The notes: a model not told the origin generated them from the letters alone. Counted from the first letter of the stretch, positions 44,138 through 54,838 are shown. The stretch is 64,000 bases of DNA from an uncultured Candidatus Entotheonella sp. (GCA_965217185.1 OZ244252.1:992001-1056000), one strand, 5' to 3'. A program made the numbers and translations.

Positions 44138-47100
44138 GCATGATCGTGCCCCGAACCTGCACCGAGATTTCGGCGGGGGATGCAGATCAGTATCAAGACA
44201 AGGCGTCCCAGCCCCTCGAAGCCTTCCGGGATACGCCGGTCTATGTGCTGCTCGGCGACCCCGGCGCCGGCAAGACGACGGCATTTGAGGCCGAGTGCAA
44301 GGCACTCGGGGAACAAGCTTGCCCGATTACCGCCCGCGACTTCCTGACTTTTGACCCGCAGCACCATCCCGAATGGCGCGACAAGACGCTCTTTATCGAC
44401 GGATTGGATGAGGTTCGGGCCGGGTCGTCCGACGCGCGCACGCCGTTCGATGCGATTCGCGGGCGCCTCGACGCCCTGGGGAAACCACGCTTTCGCCTCT
44501 CGTGCCGGGAAGCGGACTGGTTGGGGGCCAATGATCGGGAGCATTTGGAAGCTGTCTCGCCGGATGCCAAGGTGACGGTCCTGCGGCTCGATCCCCTGAC
44601 GGACTCGAACATTGAAAAATTGTTGGAGACCCACCCGCACGTTGACGATGCCAAAGCGTTTATCGCGGAGGCAAACAAGCGAGGGATTGGCGATCTGCTC
44701 AGGAATCCCCAGACCCTCGATTTGCTTGCCAAGGCGGTTGCTGGCGGTGACTGGCCGGAAAGCCGCAAAGAGACCTTCGAAATGGCATGTGGTCAGATGG
44801 TCCGCGATCCCAACAAGGGGCATCAAACAGCGAGTGCATCAACCGATCTACGTACGCCCGCTCAGCTTCTCGACGCCGCCGGGCGTCTCTGCACCGTTCA
44901 TTTGATCGCGGGGAAGGCCGGGTACACGCTGCACGGCGAGCCGGACCACGAGGATGAGTACCCCACTTTGGACTCGTTCGGGGACAGCCACCCTGACAGG
45001 CTCCAGCTTGCATTCGGCACCATGCTGTTCAAGGGAATTTCCGAATCCGATAATCGTTTCACCCCAATTCACCGCCACATCGCCGAATTTCTCGGCGCCC
45101 GACACCTCGCCCGAGTCATCCATGACGGGCTTCCCGCTCGGCGTGTCATTGCGCTAATGACGGGAGAAGATGGAGCCGTGGTGACAGAAATGAGGGGCTT
45201 GTCCGCTTGGCTCGCAGCCCATTGTCAAGAAGCCCGAACAGACCTCATCCAGCGGGACCCTATCGGTGTCGGGTCGTATGGCGATATCCGAGAATTCTCG
45301 TTCGACGAGAAACGTAAGTTCTTGAAGTCTCTGAAACGTGAGGGAACTCGACTTGATTTCATGGGGGAAACAGCCACGGTTTTTGGACAACTCGTCACGC
45401 CTGACTTGGAATCTGCGTTCAAGGAAATCCTGAATGACGGCAACCGTGACCATGACCACCAAGCATTAATCCATTTTATTCTGCGTGTTCTGAAACAAGC
45501 CACGCCATTACCAAGCGTTTCGGAAATCCTACTCAAAATCATCCGCGACGACACATGGCGGCCGCACGTCAATTATGCCGCTCTTAATGCCTTCATCCAC
45601 AATTGCCCGGACAGCCAGGACAAAACGAGCAAGCTCAAAGCGCTGCTGGCCGATATTCACACCGGAAGCCTTCCCGACGTCGACAACGGGCTTCTCGGAA
45701 CCTTGCTGACCCGACTTTACCCGAATGTTCTGTCTCCGTTGGCAGTGTGGGACTACCTTTCGGAGAAAGGGGACCCGCGACTCTCTGAAAGATACCGGCG
45801 ATTCTGGGATAGCGGACTTGTTGAGAAATCCTCAGATGAACAGATTGCCGAACTCCTCGATAATCTGAAGGATCGGCTCCCCAGCTTACAATCTGCTTTG
45901 CGTGCCCACAGATTGGACGGCCTTCCCTTGAAGCTCCTGGCTCGCGGTCTAGAGGTACATGGAGACCTGATAACACCGGGGCGGCTTTACGGCTGGCTCA
46001 GCGTAGGTTCGTCATGGGATCGGGACTCGCGGATCTCACGGCATGGGGCCAAACCGATTCGCCACATACGGGCATGGCTGGAGCAACGCCCCGATATACA
46101 AAAGGCCATCATTCTGGAGGGGCTAAACCGATGCCCAGACTCCGACGAATTTGTATCTCATGCACGTAACGTCTACAGGCACTTGTACGGTTCCGGCCGA
46201 CCATCCGATTTCGGTCGTTGGCGCCTGGAGCAGGCCGTTGCCAATGCGGACATGAGCCCCAGAGTTGCGAAATATCTGTTCAAAGAGGCTTTCTACCAGG
46301 GTCTGTCGCTCGACATCCTGCGTGAACACGCGCAGAAGAACGCGACGTTAAAGCCCTGCATGGACCAACTACTTGCACGTCAGGCGCGTGGAGAACAGGA
46401 GGAGTTGAAATCCCACCAGAGGCCAAGAACCTTCACGGAGGAGTACCAGCAGTGGGAAGAAAAATGGCTCGCCCGTGTGCGCTCGAATGAAGCGGCGCTA
46501 CGCGAAAACCGTGCTTCGCCGGACCTGCTTTATGAGTTGGCCAAGGTGTATTTTGAGTCCAAAGAGGACGCGTTAGAGAGCGCCCTGCATAAGAACCGAG
46601 CCGCTATCATCTTTCATCAATATAGGCGCTTCGAACTCGAACGATTACGCCGCGACAGCGATACTTGGTTGAAGGATGTAGAAGCCTCACTCGGGGGCGG
46701 TGACCGTCGGTTGAGCGATGCAGCGCTTCAGGGCCTTCGAGGCACCATCGACCGGAAGGACGTTCCGGATGTTGACGAGATTGTCGATCTCAGATCAAAA
46801 GAGCGGATGCACTACCTTGGCTGGCCTTATCTGGCGGGCTTGGAGGAGATCGAAAGGACGGCGCCGGAAGAAGATGCAGCCCGATGGAACGACGCCCGGA
46901 TTCGCAAGGGGCTTGCCTTTTATCACTGCGATCCCCCCACCAATGATCCCCCCAAATGGTATCATCAGTTGCTTGCAGCGCGGCCAGAGATTGTCGCCGA
47001 GGTACAGGTGCAAGTCGCCGCTTCCGAGCTCCGCAGGGGTCGTGAGCATGTTTCCAAGCTTGCAGAGCTTGCGCACGACTCCGACTATTCGCAAGTTGCC

Positions 47101-48267
47101 AAACATCCAAGCCTGCCCCTGCTCCGAGCCTTTCCGACTCGCTGCAAGCTGAAGCAGATCGAAAACCTGGATTGTCTGCTTTGGGCCGCGCTGCAATATG
47201 CCGACAGGGCCTCTCTGCGGGAACTGATCGACAGGAAGCTATCCCGGCGGAGTATGAATGACGACCAGCGCGTGTATTGGTTGGCGGCGGGCATCATCGT
47301 TTCACCAGGGAAGTACAACGATCGCCTGAGAGATTTTGTGCAGGGTCGAGAAGGCCGAATTCGGCAATTGGTGAGATTCTTCTACCATGATGGTCGTGCA
47401 CGACCTTCGTTCTCTGAGTTAGGGGTTGAGGTCTCGAAATTACTTATCCGTCTTGTTGGAGGTTGCGCCGGGCCTGTGATGATTATGAAGGGATGGGTGA
47501 CGCCTGCCATGGAAGCCTCTCTCCTTGTCCATGAGCTGATACAACCCCTCGCCGCTTCTCCTGGCAAGGACGCTAGCAAGGCGCTGGACTCGCTCCTTAA
47601 AGACCCGGCACTCTCCGCTTGGCGCGACGTGCTATCCCATGCCCAAGATACCCAACGCATCATTCGCCGCGACGCCGACTATCGCCACCCCACTATCGAA
47701 CAGGTCTGCCAAACCCTGAAGGGCGGTACACCGGCCAACCCCGGCGACCTTGCGGCCCTCGTGATGGACCGGCTGGGTGAGCTTGCCGTACAGATCCGAA
47801 CCGGCAATACCGACGACTGGCGCCAGTACTGGGATGGACTGCGTGGACAATCGCCGGTCCTTGGGCACGAGGAGGACTGCCGGGATGCCCTGCTTTCGGA
47901 CCTGCGACAGCGTCTCCCACAGGGCGTCGACGCTCAGCCCGAGGGTCACTACGCCAACAACAAGCGAGCCGACATACGTGTCTTTTACGGGGGTTTTCAG
48001 GTGCCGGTTGAAATCAAAAAGAATACGCACCGAGATTTGTGGAGTGCGCTTCGAAACCAGTTGATGGCCAAATACACAAGCGCCCCGGAAACCGACGGAT
48101 ACGGCATCTACCTAGTGTTCTGGTTTGGCAAGCAATACACACAAGCCCCACCTTCTGGCCAGCGCCCGGCAGACGCCGAAGAGTTGAAAGAGCGGCTGGA
48201 AGCGACGCTGTCAGCAGACGAAGCGCGTAAAATCTCGGTCTGCGTCATCGACGTATGCAAGCCGTGA
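44134..48267 (+). CDS. Large NACHT/STAND-like NTPase with C-terminal PD-(D/E)xK nuclease-like domain
   Basis: Walker A GDPGAGKT, Walker B LFIDGLDE, SCR sensor, HRHIAEFL winged-helix motif; C-terminal RADI..PVEIKK..QL..KY. Confidence 0.7.
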   Translation: MSMIVPRTCTEISAGDADQYQDKASQPLEAFRDTPVYVLLGDPGAGKTTAFEAECKALGEQACPITARDFLTFDPQHHPEWRDKTLFIDGLDEVRAGSSDARTPFDAIRGRLDALGKPRFRLSCREADWLGANDREHLEAVSPDAKVTVLRLDPLTDSNIEKLLETHPHVDDAKAFIAEANKRGIGDLLRNPQTLDLLAKAVAGGDWPESRKETFEMACGQMVRDPNKGHQTASASTDLRTPAQLLDAAGRLCTVHLIAGKAGYTLHGEPDHEDEYPTLDSFGDSHPDRLQLAFGTMLFKGISESDNRFTPIHRHIAEFLGARHLARVIHDGLPARRVIALMTGEDGAVVTEMRGLSAWLAAHCQEARTDLIQRDPIGVGSYGDIREFSFDEKRKFLKSLKREGTRLDFMGETATVFGQLVTPDLESAFKEILNDGNRDHDHQALIHFILRVLKQATPLPSVSEILLKIIRDDTWRPHVNYAALNAFIHNCPDSQDKTSKLKALLADIHTGSLPDVDNGLLGTLLTRLYPNVLSPLAVWDYLSEKGDPRLSERYRRFWDSGLVEKSSDEQIAELLDNLKDRLPSLQSALRAHRLDGLPLKLLARGLEVHGDLITPGRLYGWLSVGSSWDRDSRISRHGAKPIRHIRAWLEQRPDIQKAIILEGLNRCPDSDEFVSHARNVYRHLYGSGRPSDFGRWRLEQAVANADMSPRVAKYLFKEAFYQGLSLDILREHAQKNATLKPCMDQLLARQARGEQEELKSHQRPRTFTEEYQQWEEKWLARVRSNEAALRENRASPDLLYELAKVYFESKEDALESALHKNRAAIIFHQYRRFELERLRRDSDTWLKDVEASLGGGDRRLSDAALQGLRGTIDRKDVPDVDEIVDLRSKERMHYLGWPYLAGLEEIERTAPEEDAARWNDARIRKGLAFYHCDPPTNDPPKWYHQLLAARPEIVAEVQVQVAASELRRGREHVSKLAELAHDSDYSQVAKHPSLPLLRAFPTRCKLKQIENLDCLLWAALQYADRASLRELIDRKLSRRSMNDDQRVYWLAAGIIVSPGKYNDRLRDFVQGREGRIRQLVRFFYHDGRARPSFSELGVEVSKLLIRLVGGCAGPVMIMKGWVTPAMEASLLVHELIQPLAASPGKDASKALDSLLKDPALSAWRDVLSHAQDTQRIIRRDADYRHPTIEQVCQTLKGGTPANPGDLAALVMDRLGELAVQIRTGNTDDWRQYWDGLRGQSPVLGHEEDCRDALLSDLRQRLPQGVDAQPEGHYANNKRADIRVFYGGFQVPVEIKKNTHRDLWSALRNQLMAKYTSAPETDGYGIYLVFWFGKQYTQAPPSGQRPADAEELKERLEATLSADEARKISVCVIDVCKP

Positions 48268-48341
48268 CGGGCAGCGTGAGAAGATATTGCCATAAGTCGA
48301 TGTGCATAAATATATGTATTAAGATACACTGAAAGACGGGT

Positions 48342-48620
48342 ATGGACTTTGAGTGGGATGCTGAAAAAGACGCCATCAACCAAGCCACGCACACTGTCTC
48401 ATTTGCTGAGGCTCAGTTTGCATTTGTGGATCCGCGTCGCCTTATCGCTCTCGACCACAGGCACAGCACCCCACGAGAAACGCGATATTTTTGTTTCGGC
48501 AAAGTCGAGGGCCGGGTGTTGACAGTCCGTTTCACGTATCGAGAAGGCCGCATTCGCATTTTTGGCGCTGGGTACTGGCGCGAAGGAAGGAAGCGTTATG
48601 AGCAACGAGAAGAGATATGA
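48342..48620 (+). CDS. BrnT family toxin
   Basis: MDFEWD..K..N..H.VSF, LTVRFT..IRIFGA. Confidence 0.88.
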   Translation: MDFEWDAEKDAINQATHTVSFAEAQFAFVDPRRLIALDHRHSTPRETRYFCFGKVEGRVLTVRFTYREGRIRIFGAGYWREGRKRYEQREEI

Positions 48621-48855
48621 GAGCGCACCTGTCGATATTGCAAAAGCTATTGAACAGGCGGAAGTGATCCCGGATTTCCTGCCATCACCCGACCAACTCG
48701 TTCTCAAGGAGGAGACGGTGCGGGTAACGCTTAATCTTAACCGCAGAAGCGTTGATTTCTTCAAAATGAAAGCTCGGGAGAATGGCGTCCCCTATCAGGG
48801 CATGATCCGAAAAATTCTGGATCTTTACGCTTCGCAATTCCTGCATCGTCCGTGA
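48598..48855 (+). CDS. BrnA/CopG-like (RHH) antitoxin
   Basis: VRVTLNL..VDFFK..VPYQGMI; overlaps toxin stop. Confidence 0.82.
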   Translation: MSNEKRYESAPVDIAKAIEQAEVIPDFLPSPDQLVLKEETVRVTLNLNRRSVDFFKMKARENGVPYQGMIRKILDLYASQFLHRP

Positions 48856-48878
48856 AGCGACAGGGATAAAAGCCCCAC

Positions 48879-51800
48879 ATGCCCGGCCAATTGTTCACCC
48901 AGTATTTCCTCACCGACGGCATCCGGCACACCCCTGAATGGCGGGCATCAGTCGAGCGCCCGCAAGCCTTCCGCGAGTTTGCCGACGCCGTGGCGAAGCG
49001 CTTCGAGGCGTTCAGCCGCTACGACAGCCCCAACGAATCGGTCACCGAGCAGGACCTGATCCGCCCTGTCCTGGCGTTGCTCGGCTGGGTTCACAACCTG
49101 CCGCAGCAGGGCGCCGCGCGCAACGAAGACATCCCCGACCATTTGCTGTTTGCCGACGCCGAATCCAAGGCCCGCGCCGCCAGCCGCGGCAACTCCGAAG
49201 AACGCTACCGGGACGCTCTGCTGATTGAAGAGAGCAAGCGGCTCGGCCTGCCCCTCGACACCCGCGATGCCACCGACAAGGCCCGGTCGGGCACGCCGCA
49301 CGGGCAAATCCGCCGATACCTGTCTACCGCCGATAGCGTCACCGACGGGCGCCTGCGCTGGGGCATCCTGACCAACGGCGGCGTTTGGCGGCTGTATGAC
49401 ACCCGCGCCCGGCCGCGCGCCAGCGGCTACTACGAGGCCGACCTGACGGCCCTGCTGCGATCCGGCAACGAAGACGCCCTCCGCACGTTCTACCTGCTGT
49501 TCCGCCGGGATTCCTTCAACCTGCGGGATGGGGCGCAGGCCCCCTTCCTGGAAACCGCGCTCGCTGAGGGGCGCCGCTACGAGGAGCAAGTCGCGCGCGA
49601 CCTCTCGAACGTCGTGTTCGACACCGTGTTCCCGGGGCTTGTGACCGCCCTCGCCCGGCAATCGACGCGAGACTTGTCGGAAATCCGCGACGCGGCGCTG
49701 ATCTTTCTGTACCGGCTGCTGTTCGTGCTGTACGCCGAAGACCGCGGGCTGCTCCCCGTCAACGATCCGCGCTATGACGACTATGGCCTGCGCAAACGGG
49801 TGCGCGACGACATCGCGCGGCGAACCCAAGACGGCGACACCTTCTCCGCCCACGCCGCCAGCTACTACAACCATCTGACAACGCTGTTCACCCTCATCGA
49901 CAAAGGCGACGCCTCCATCGGCCTGCCCCCATACAACGGCGGCTTGTTTGCGCCCGCGTCCGCCCCGATGCTGGAAACCGCTCGCCTGCCGGACGACGCC
50001 GTCGCGCCCATCATCCACGCCATGAGCCACCGCGAGTCCCATTTCGTCAACTACCGCGACATGTCCGTGCAACAGCTCGGCTCGATCTACGAACGCTTGC
50101 TTGAACGCGAGCCGGTGCGCGGCGCCGACGGCCCCTCGAAGGTGTCCATCCGGCCCAACGCCTACGCCCGCAAGGACAGCGGCAGTTTCTATACGCCCCA
50201 GGAACTCGTCGATCTGATCGTGGACCGCACCCTCAAGCCCTTGGCGGAGGAACGGCTCAAGGCCTTCGAGGACAAGGCCGCGGCGCTGCAAAACGACCGC
50301 CGCCCCAAGGCGGAACGGCACGCCGAACTCCGCAAGCTTGATCCGGCCGAGGCGGTTCTGGACCTCAAGGTTCTTGACCCGGCGATGGGCAGCGGCCATT
50401 TCCTGGTCACCGCGGTGGATTTCCTGTCGGACTACATCTCCGAATTGATCGAGTACGTGCCCGCGGTCCCGGCGTGGCTGAACGGCGCCTACGCCTCGCC
50501 CCTGGTGCAGCGCATCGAACGCATCCGACACGACCTCCTGCACCGCGCCGCGGCGTCCAACTGGATCATCGACGAAGCCCAATTGACGGATCAGGCCATC
50601 ATTCGCCGCATGGTGCTCAAGCGCTGCATCTACGGCGTCGACAAAAACCGCCTGACCGTGGAACTGGCCAAGGTGTCGCTGTGGCTGCACAGCTTCACGG
50701 TGGGCGCGCCGCTGTCCTTTCTGGACCACCACCTGCGGGTTGGCGACTCGCTCATCGGGGTGCGGGTACAGGACGCCACGGGCGAGCTGCACCGGCTCGG
50801 CGGCCTGTTCGCCGGTTCCGCCATCGCCGGCGCCGAGACCGCCACCGCGGGGATGCAGCGCATCGAGGCGATGTCCGACGCCGACGTGGCCGAGGTGCGG
50901 GAATCGGCGTCGCTGTTCGCGCGGGTGGAGGAAACCACTGCCGACCTGCGTGGCCTGCTCGATTTTTTCTGTGGCTGGCGGTGGATGACGGCCGGCATGA
51001 AGGCGCGGGAGAAAGACCGCGCGGAAGGTCAACTGGTGGCCGCCTTGCGGGACGATGCCTACCGCCTGCTGGCTCGTGGTCCGGAGCACCCGGACTGCCC
51101 GCCCCAAGCCGACGCCGCGGCCTGGGCGCAGTTTGCCGAGTTGTGGCGCAATGCCCGCGCCATTGCCGACCGCGAAGGCTTCCTGCACTGGGAGGCTGCT
51201 TTTCCCGGCGTCTGGCAGCACTGGCAAAACGTCCGGCCGGAAGGCGGTTTCGACGCCGTCATCGGCAATCCGCCGTGGGACCGTATCAAGCTGCAGGAAG
51301 TCGAGTGGTTCGCCACCCGCGCCCCCGATCTGGCACTGGCGCCCACCGCGGCGGCGCGGCGCAAAGGCATCCAGCGGCTGCGCGACGCGGGCGACCCGCT
51401 GGCCGGCGCGTTCGACGACGCCAAGGCGCGCGCCGATAGCCTGGGCCAACTGGTGCGGGTGTCCGGCGATTATCCCCTCCTCGGCGGCGGCGACATCAAC
51501 CTGTATTCGCTGTTCGTCGAGCGGGCCATGCACCTGGTCAAGCCCGACGGTCTGGTGGGCCTGCTGACGCCGTCGGGCATCTGCGCCGACAAGACGGCGG
51601 CCGATTTCTTCAAGTCCGTGTCCACGAGCGGGCGATTGGCCGGCCTGTTCGACTTCGAGAACAGGAAAATCTTCTTCAAGGACGTCCATGCTTCGTTCAA
51701 GTTCTGCGCCCTGATCTTCGGCGGCGAAGCGCGGTGCTTCAACGAGACGCGCTGCGCGTTTTTCCTGCACGACACGGCCGAGATTGACGACCCGGACCGC

Positions 51801-52892
51801 TGCTTCCCGCTGGCGCCGTCCGATTTCGTCCGCGTCAATCCCAACACCGGCACCGCGCCCGTGTTCCGTACCCGGCGCGACGCCGACATTACCCGTCGCA
51901 TCTACGAACGGCATCCGGTGCTGGTGGACCGCTCAGGCGGCGGCGAGCGCAAGACGTGGCCGGTGAGGTACGTGACGATGTTCCACATGGCCAACGACTC
52001 GCACCTGTTCCGAACCGCTGCACAACTCGAGGCCGACGGGTTTTATCCCGTGGAGGGTAGTCGCTGGAAACGGAGTGAGGAACTGTATCTGCCGCTGTAT
52101 GAGGGCAAGATGGTGCAGGCGTATGACCACCGGGCTGCCAGCGTCGTGAATCGAGAAGACAATCTTTTTCGACCGGGGCAGCCCGACCGCACCCTTGACG
52201 AAGAACATCTTGACCCGGCCTTTTCCCCTCGCCCTCGGTATTGGGTCAGTGAGCAGAAGATTGATGTTGCCTGGAACTTGCGCTGGTTTGTGGCGTTCAA
52301 AGACATTACGGCCTCAACCAACGTGCGTACCATGATTGCCGCCGTCGTTTCGCAGGTTGGGTGTGGGCACACCTTGCCAGTCCTTGTCCCGGCCGAACGC
52401 GGCTTCGACGCTGAAAGCGCGGCTTGTCTGCTTGCCAATCTCAACAGCTTCAGTTTCGATCACGTAGCCCGTCAGAAGGTGCAAGCAACGCATCTCACCT
52501 GGTACGCCATGGAGCAACTCCCTGTCATCGCCCCTGCCGACTATGACCGGTCATTCGGCACCACGACCGCCCGCGCCCTCGTCCGCGACCACGTGCTCCG
52601 CCTCACCTACACCGCCCACGACATGGCGCCCTTTGCGCACGACCTCGGCTACGACGGCCCACTCTTCCCCTGGGACGAAGAAGAACGCCGTCACTTGCGC
52701 GCCCGCCTCGACGCGCTCCACTTCCACCTCTACGGCCTGTCGCGGGAAGACGCTGGTTACGTGCTCAGCACCTTCCCCATCGTGCGCCGCGAGGACGAGA
52801 AAGTCTTCGGCCACTACCGCACACGGGACATGATCCTGGCGTACATGAACGCCCTGGCAGCCGGTGATGCGGAAACGGTGGTGGCGGTTTAG
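48879..52892 (+). CDS. Type IIG (Eco57I-like) fused restriction endonuclease / N6-adenine methyltransferase
   Basis: N-terminal PD..EESK and LTNG; MTase GSFYTP, DPAMGSGHF (motif I), GNPPW (motif IV); C-terminal TRD. Confidence 0.9.
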   Translation: MPGQLFTQYFLTDGIRHTPEWRASVERPQAFREFADAVAKRFEAFSRYDSPNESVTEQDLIRPVLALLGWVHNLPQQGAARNEDIPDHLLFADAESKARAASRGNSEERYRDALLIEESKRLGLPLDTRDATDKARSGTPHGQIRRYLSTADSVTDGRLRWGILTNGGVWRLYDTRARPRASGYYEADLTALLRSGNEDALRTFYLLFRRDSFNLRDGAQAPFLETALAEGRRYEEQVARDLSNVVFDTVFPGLVTALARQSTRDLSEIRDAALIFLYRLLFVLYAEDRGLLPVNDPRYDDYGLRKRVRDDIARRTQDGDTFSAHAASYYNHLTTLFTLIDKGDASIGLPPYNGGLFAPASAPMLETARLPDDAVAPIIHAMSHRESHFVNYRDMSVQQLGSIYERLLEREPVRGADGPSKVSIRPNAYARKDSGSFYTPQELVDLIVDRTLKPLAEERLKAFEDKAAALQNDRRPKAERHAELRKLDPAEAVLDLKVLDPAMGSGHFLVTAVDFLSDYISELIEYVPAVPAWLNGAYASPLVQRIERIRHDLLHRAAASNWIIDEAQLTDQAIIRRMVLKRCIYGVDKNRLTVELAKVSLWLHSFTVGAPLSFLDHHLRVGDSLIGVRVQDATGELHRLGGLFAGSAIAGAETATAGMQRIEAMSDADVAEVRESASLFARVEETTADLRGLLDFFCGWRWMTAGMKAREKDRAEGQLVAALRDDAYRLLARGPEHPDCPPQADAAAWAQFAELWRNARAIADREGFLHWEAAFPGVWQHWQNVRPEGGFDAVIGNPPWDRIKLQEVEWFATRAPDLALAPTAAARRKGIQRLRDAGDPLAGAFDDAKARADSLGQLVRVSGDYPLLGGGDINLYSLFVERAMHLVKPDGLVGLLTPSGICADKTAADFFKSVSTSGRLAGLFDFENRKIFFKDVHASFKFCALIFGGEARCFNETRCAFFLHDTAEIDDPDRCFPLAPSDFVRVNPNTGTAPVFRTRRDADITRRIYERHPVLVDRSGGGERKTWPVRYVTMFHMANDSHLFRTAAQLEADGFYPVEGSRWKRSEELYLPLYEGKMVQAYDHRAASVVNREDNLFRPGQPDRTLDEEHLDPAFSPRPRYWVSEQKIDVAWNLRWFVAFKDITASTNVRTMIAAVVSQVGCGHTLPVLVPAERGFDAESAACLLANLNSFSFDHVARQKVQATHLTWYAMEQLPVIAPADYDRSFGTTTARALVRDHVLRLTYTAHDMAPFAHDLGYDGPLFPWDEEERRHLRARLDALHFHLYGLSREDAGYVLSTFPIVRREDEKVFGHYRTRDMILAYMNALAAGDAETVVAV

Positions 52893-53000
52893 AATGGTTA
52901 GTTGGCTTTAAGAAGCTACAAGTGCCACGAACATTTAACCTCACGGAGAGAATCGCAGGTTTGCCACCTTCATCGTTCTCGGTAAAGGGGAATTCTCAGG

Positions 53001-53996
53001 ATGGCTCCCAGGTATTTTTATCACAGCTTTCCAAGACCGCGCATCGGGCAAACACCTAGCCAGACTATTGATAGGGGATGGTCTATCCTCCAATCGATGA
53101 AGCAGCTGGGCTTGATTTTGGCTCCAGAAATTGTCGAGTGGAGAACACCAGTCAGTATCGGGAGTCCATCGCCCATCCGACTTTTGCAACAGCGCGTCTG
53201 CTTTACTGAGTTGTCGCGAAACGAATTAGGAGAACATTTAAAGCGTTTTGGCCCGTTCGCCATCGAATTTGACATTATGGCGTTGAGGCGTGCTGGAGCG
53301 TTACCCGTAATCTACATGCCTCAAGCATTGTCAGAGCAGGACCATATGGCATTACTGGGCGCGTTTCTTGTAAGTCATACTGATCACATCAGGCATACGC
53401 TGGAACAGCTTAATTTTCTGAATCGGTTCAACGACCCAGCCCATGTCCAAAACAAGTTTCCGGGGGCCACACGGATAAGTGATGACTGCATGTTTAATTT
53501 GAGGAATGGCGATGAAGAAAGAGGAACTCTTCAGGAGTTTCAAGTCCCATGGGGTGCGATAAAAGATCTTCTGAGTTTTATTGGCTTTGAAAACGCGCCC
53601 TTTGAAGCAATGACAGCAGTAACTTCCATTGCACAGTCGCTATTCTACCCAACAGACGACGAGCACGTTGATGAACTGCTTGGCTACTATAGGCAACGTG
53701 AATGGCGAATTACGGCGGGCTATTTTGTCAATGGAGCCCCTCGTGGGCGTACCCTTGACGAGAACGAGAAGCAATTTCTCATCGATCTCGACAACGCCTT
53801 TTGGAAACGTGAGTTGGGGCATAAGAATGAAACATTTCGCCGCGTAGACAGAGCAGTTTCACTCTCTCAGCCCAACCCGGGTGATTTGTTTGAGACGGCT
53901 ACCCGGCTGATTGTTCCAAGCGAAAAAATCCATGAAACGCGCCAACTTTTTGGTGATCTCTCTATCGAGGTGGATCAGTCCGGAAAACCGTCATGA
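53001..53996 (+). CDS. AbiGi-like (abortive infection system) protein
   Basis: VCFTEL..H..RFG.FAI..PVIY and QREWR motifs; visibly lower GC than flanks. Confidence 0.55.
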   Translation: MAPRYFYHSFPRPRIGQTPSQTIDRGWSILQSMKQLGLILAPEIVEWRTPVSIGSPSPIRLLQQRVCFTELSRNELGEHLKRFGPFAIEFDIMALRRAGALPVIYMPQALSEQDHMALLGAFLVSHTDHIRHTLEQLNFLNRFNDPAHVQNKFPGATRISDDCMFNLRNGDEERGTLQEFQVPWGAIKDLLSFIGFENAPFEAMTAVTSIAQSLFYPTDDEHVDELLGYYRQREWRITAGYFVNGAPRGRTLDENEKQFLIDLDNAFWKRELGHKNETFRRVDRAVSLSQPNPGDLFETATRLIVPSEKIHETRQLFGDLSIEVDQSGKPS

Positions 53997-54279
53997 TCAA
54001 TAGAGGCTGTCCCACCTTTGTTGCGAAGCCAACAGGCGAGTTCAACAAACCATGCTGCGACGGGCCGCATCGTCAGGGAACATGCGGTACGGCTGTGGGC
54101 CAGCGTCATGCCTTGTCCACAGTTTTCCGGGGCTTCTTGTGCCATTGACAGCCTTCTTTGACCTAACCTTGACACGGAGCCGGTGCGACTTCTTACTGTA
54201 GTCCAAATTGAACGCAACTTGCGGCGATTGACGGCATGACTAGACGATGAAAGAAATCGCCTAATGCCTCGGCGGACCC

Positions 54280-54324
54280 ATGACGCGGCTGGATTTGATT
54301 CGTTATTTACGCTCGTGGGACTGA
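54280..54324 (+). pseudogene. Possible HicA-like toxin 5' fragment
   Basis: MTRLDLIRYLRSWD* resembles HicA N-termini; very short. Confidence 0.3.
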
Positions 54325-54446
54325 GGGGCCGCATTGGGTGGGGGGTTATGCTCAGGGCGGACACGACATCAAGACTTGCCTCTGGTCGCCCGTGCCTGAG
54401 CGGCACCGTTAAGCCAATGCGACACAACCCACGAGGGGGGTAAATA

Positions 54447-54662
54447 ATGCCAAAGGCTCTGCCTTTTGGAGAGGTCTTGGAAGGTATCGAGACCTTATCT
54501 CTGGAAGATCAGGAAATTCTCAAAGAGATTCTGCATCGTCGTATTGTCGAGCGGCGACGGGAAGAACTTGTCCAAGACGTTCAACAGGCGCAGCAAGAAT
54601 TTCGAGCGGGTGAGTGTCGCCCCGTGACACTGGAAGAACTCACGAAAGAGATCGTGTCGTGA
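54447..54662 (+). CDS. Putative type II antitoxin
   Basis: 71 aa helical, LSLEDQEIL..EFRAG..EEL; GTGA overlap with downstream toxin remnant; strong RBS. Confidence 0.6.
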   Translation: MPKALPFGEVLEGIETLSLEDQEILKEILHRRIVERRREELVQDVQQAQQEFRAGECRPVTLEELTKEIVS

Positions 54663-54740
54663 CGCGACTCTTGCTGCGCTCCAGTGCCTTTGTGCGGGCA
54701 GCCTGACGCGTGGTGAAGACATCCCCATGTCGCTGAGGCC
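54659..54740 (+). pseudogene. RelE/YafQ-like toxin remnant
   Basis: VTRLLLRSSAFVRAA*RVVK.. with premature TGA, apparent frameshift, truncated. Confidence 0.55.
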
Positions 54741-54838
54741 TATCTGTCCAAAGCGGAAATTGACCGAATTCCGTGGCCATCCAAGCTCTTCCAGCCGCAT
54801 GACAATCAACCCCATAGAGTTGTCCAGAGGCCGATATC

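Noticed and set aside
48948..51914. 988-aa antisense ORF (also 37000..38559, 13042..13905, 29525..30388)
   Set aside because: Shadow ORFs opposite high-GC3 genes with no recognisable motifs.
54704..54706. TGA in the RelE-like stub as a third selenocysteine
   Set aside because: The context suggests CGA-to-TGA, no SECIS-like hairpin is seen, and the frame breaks soon after.
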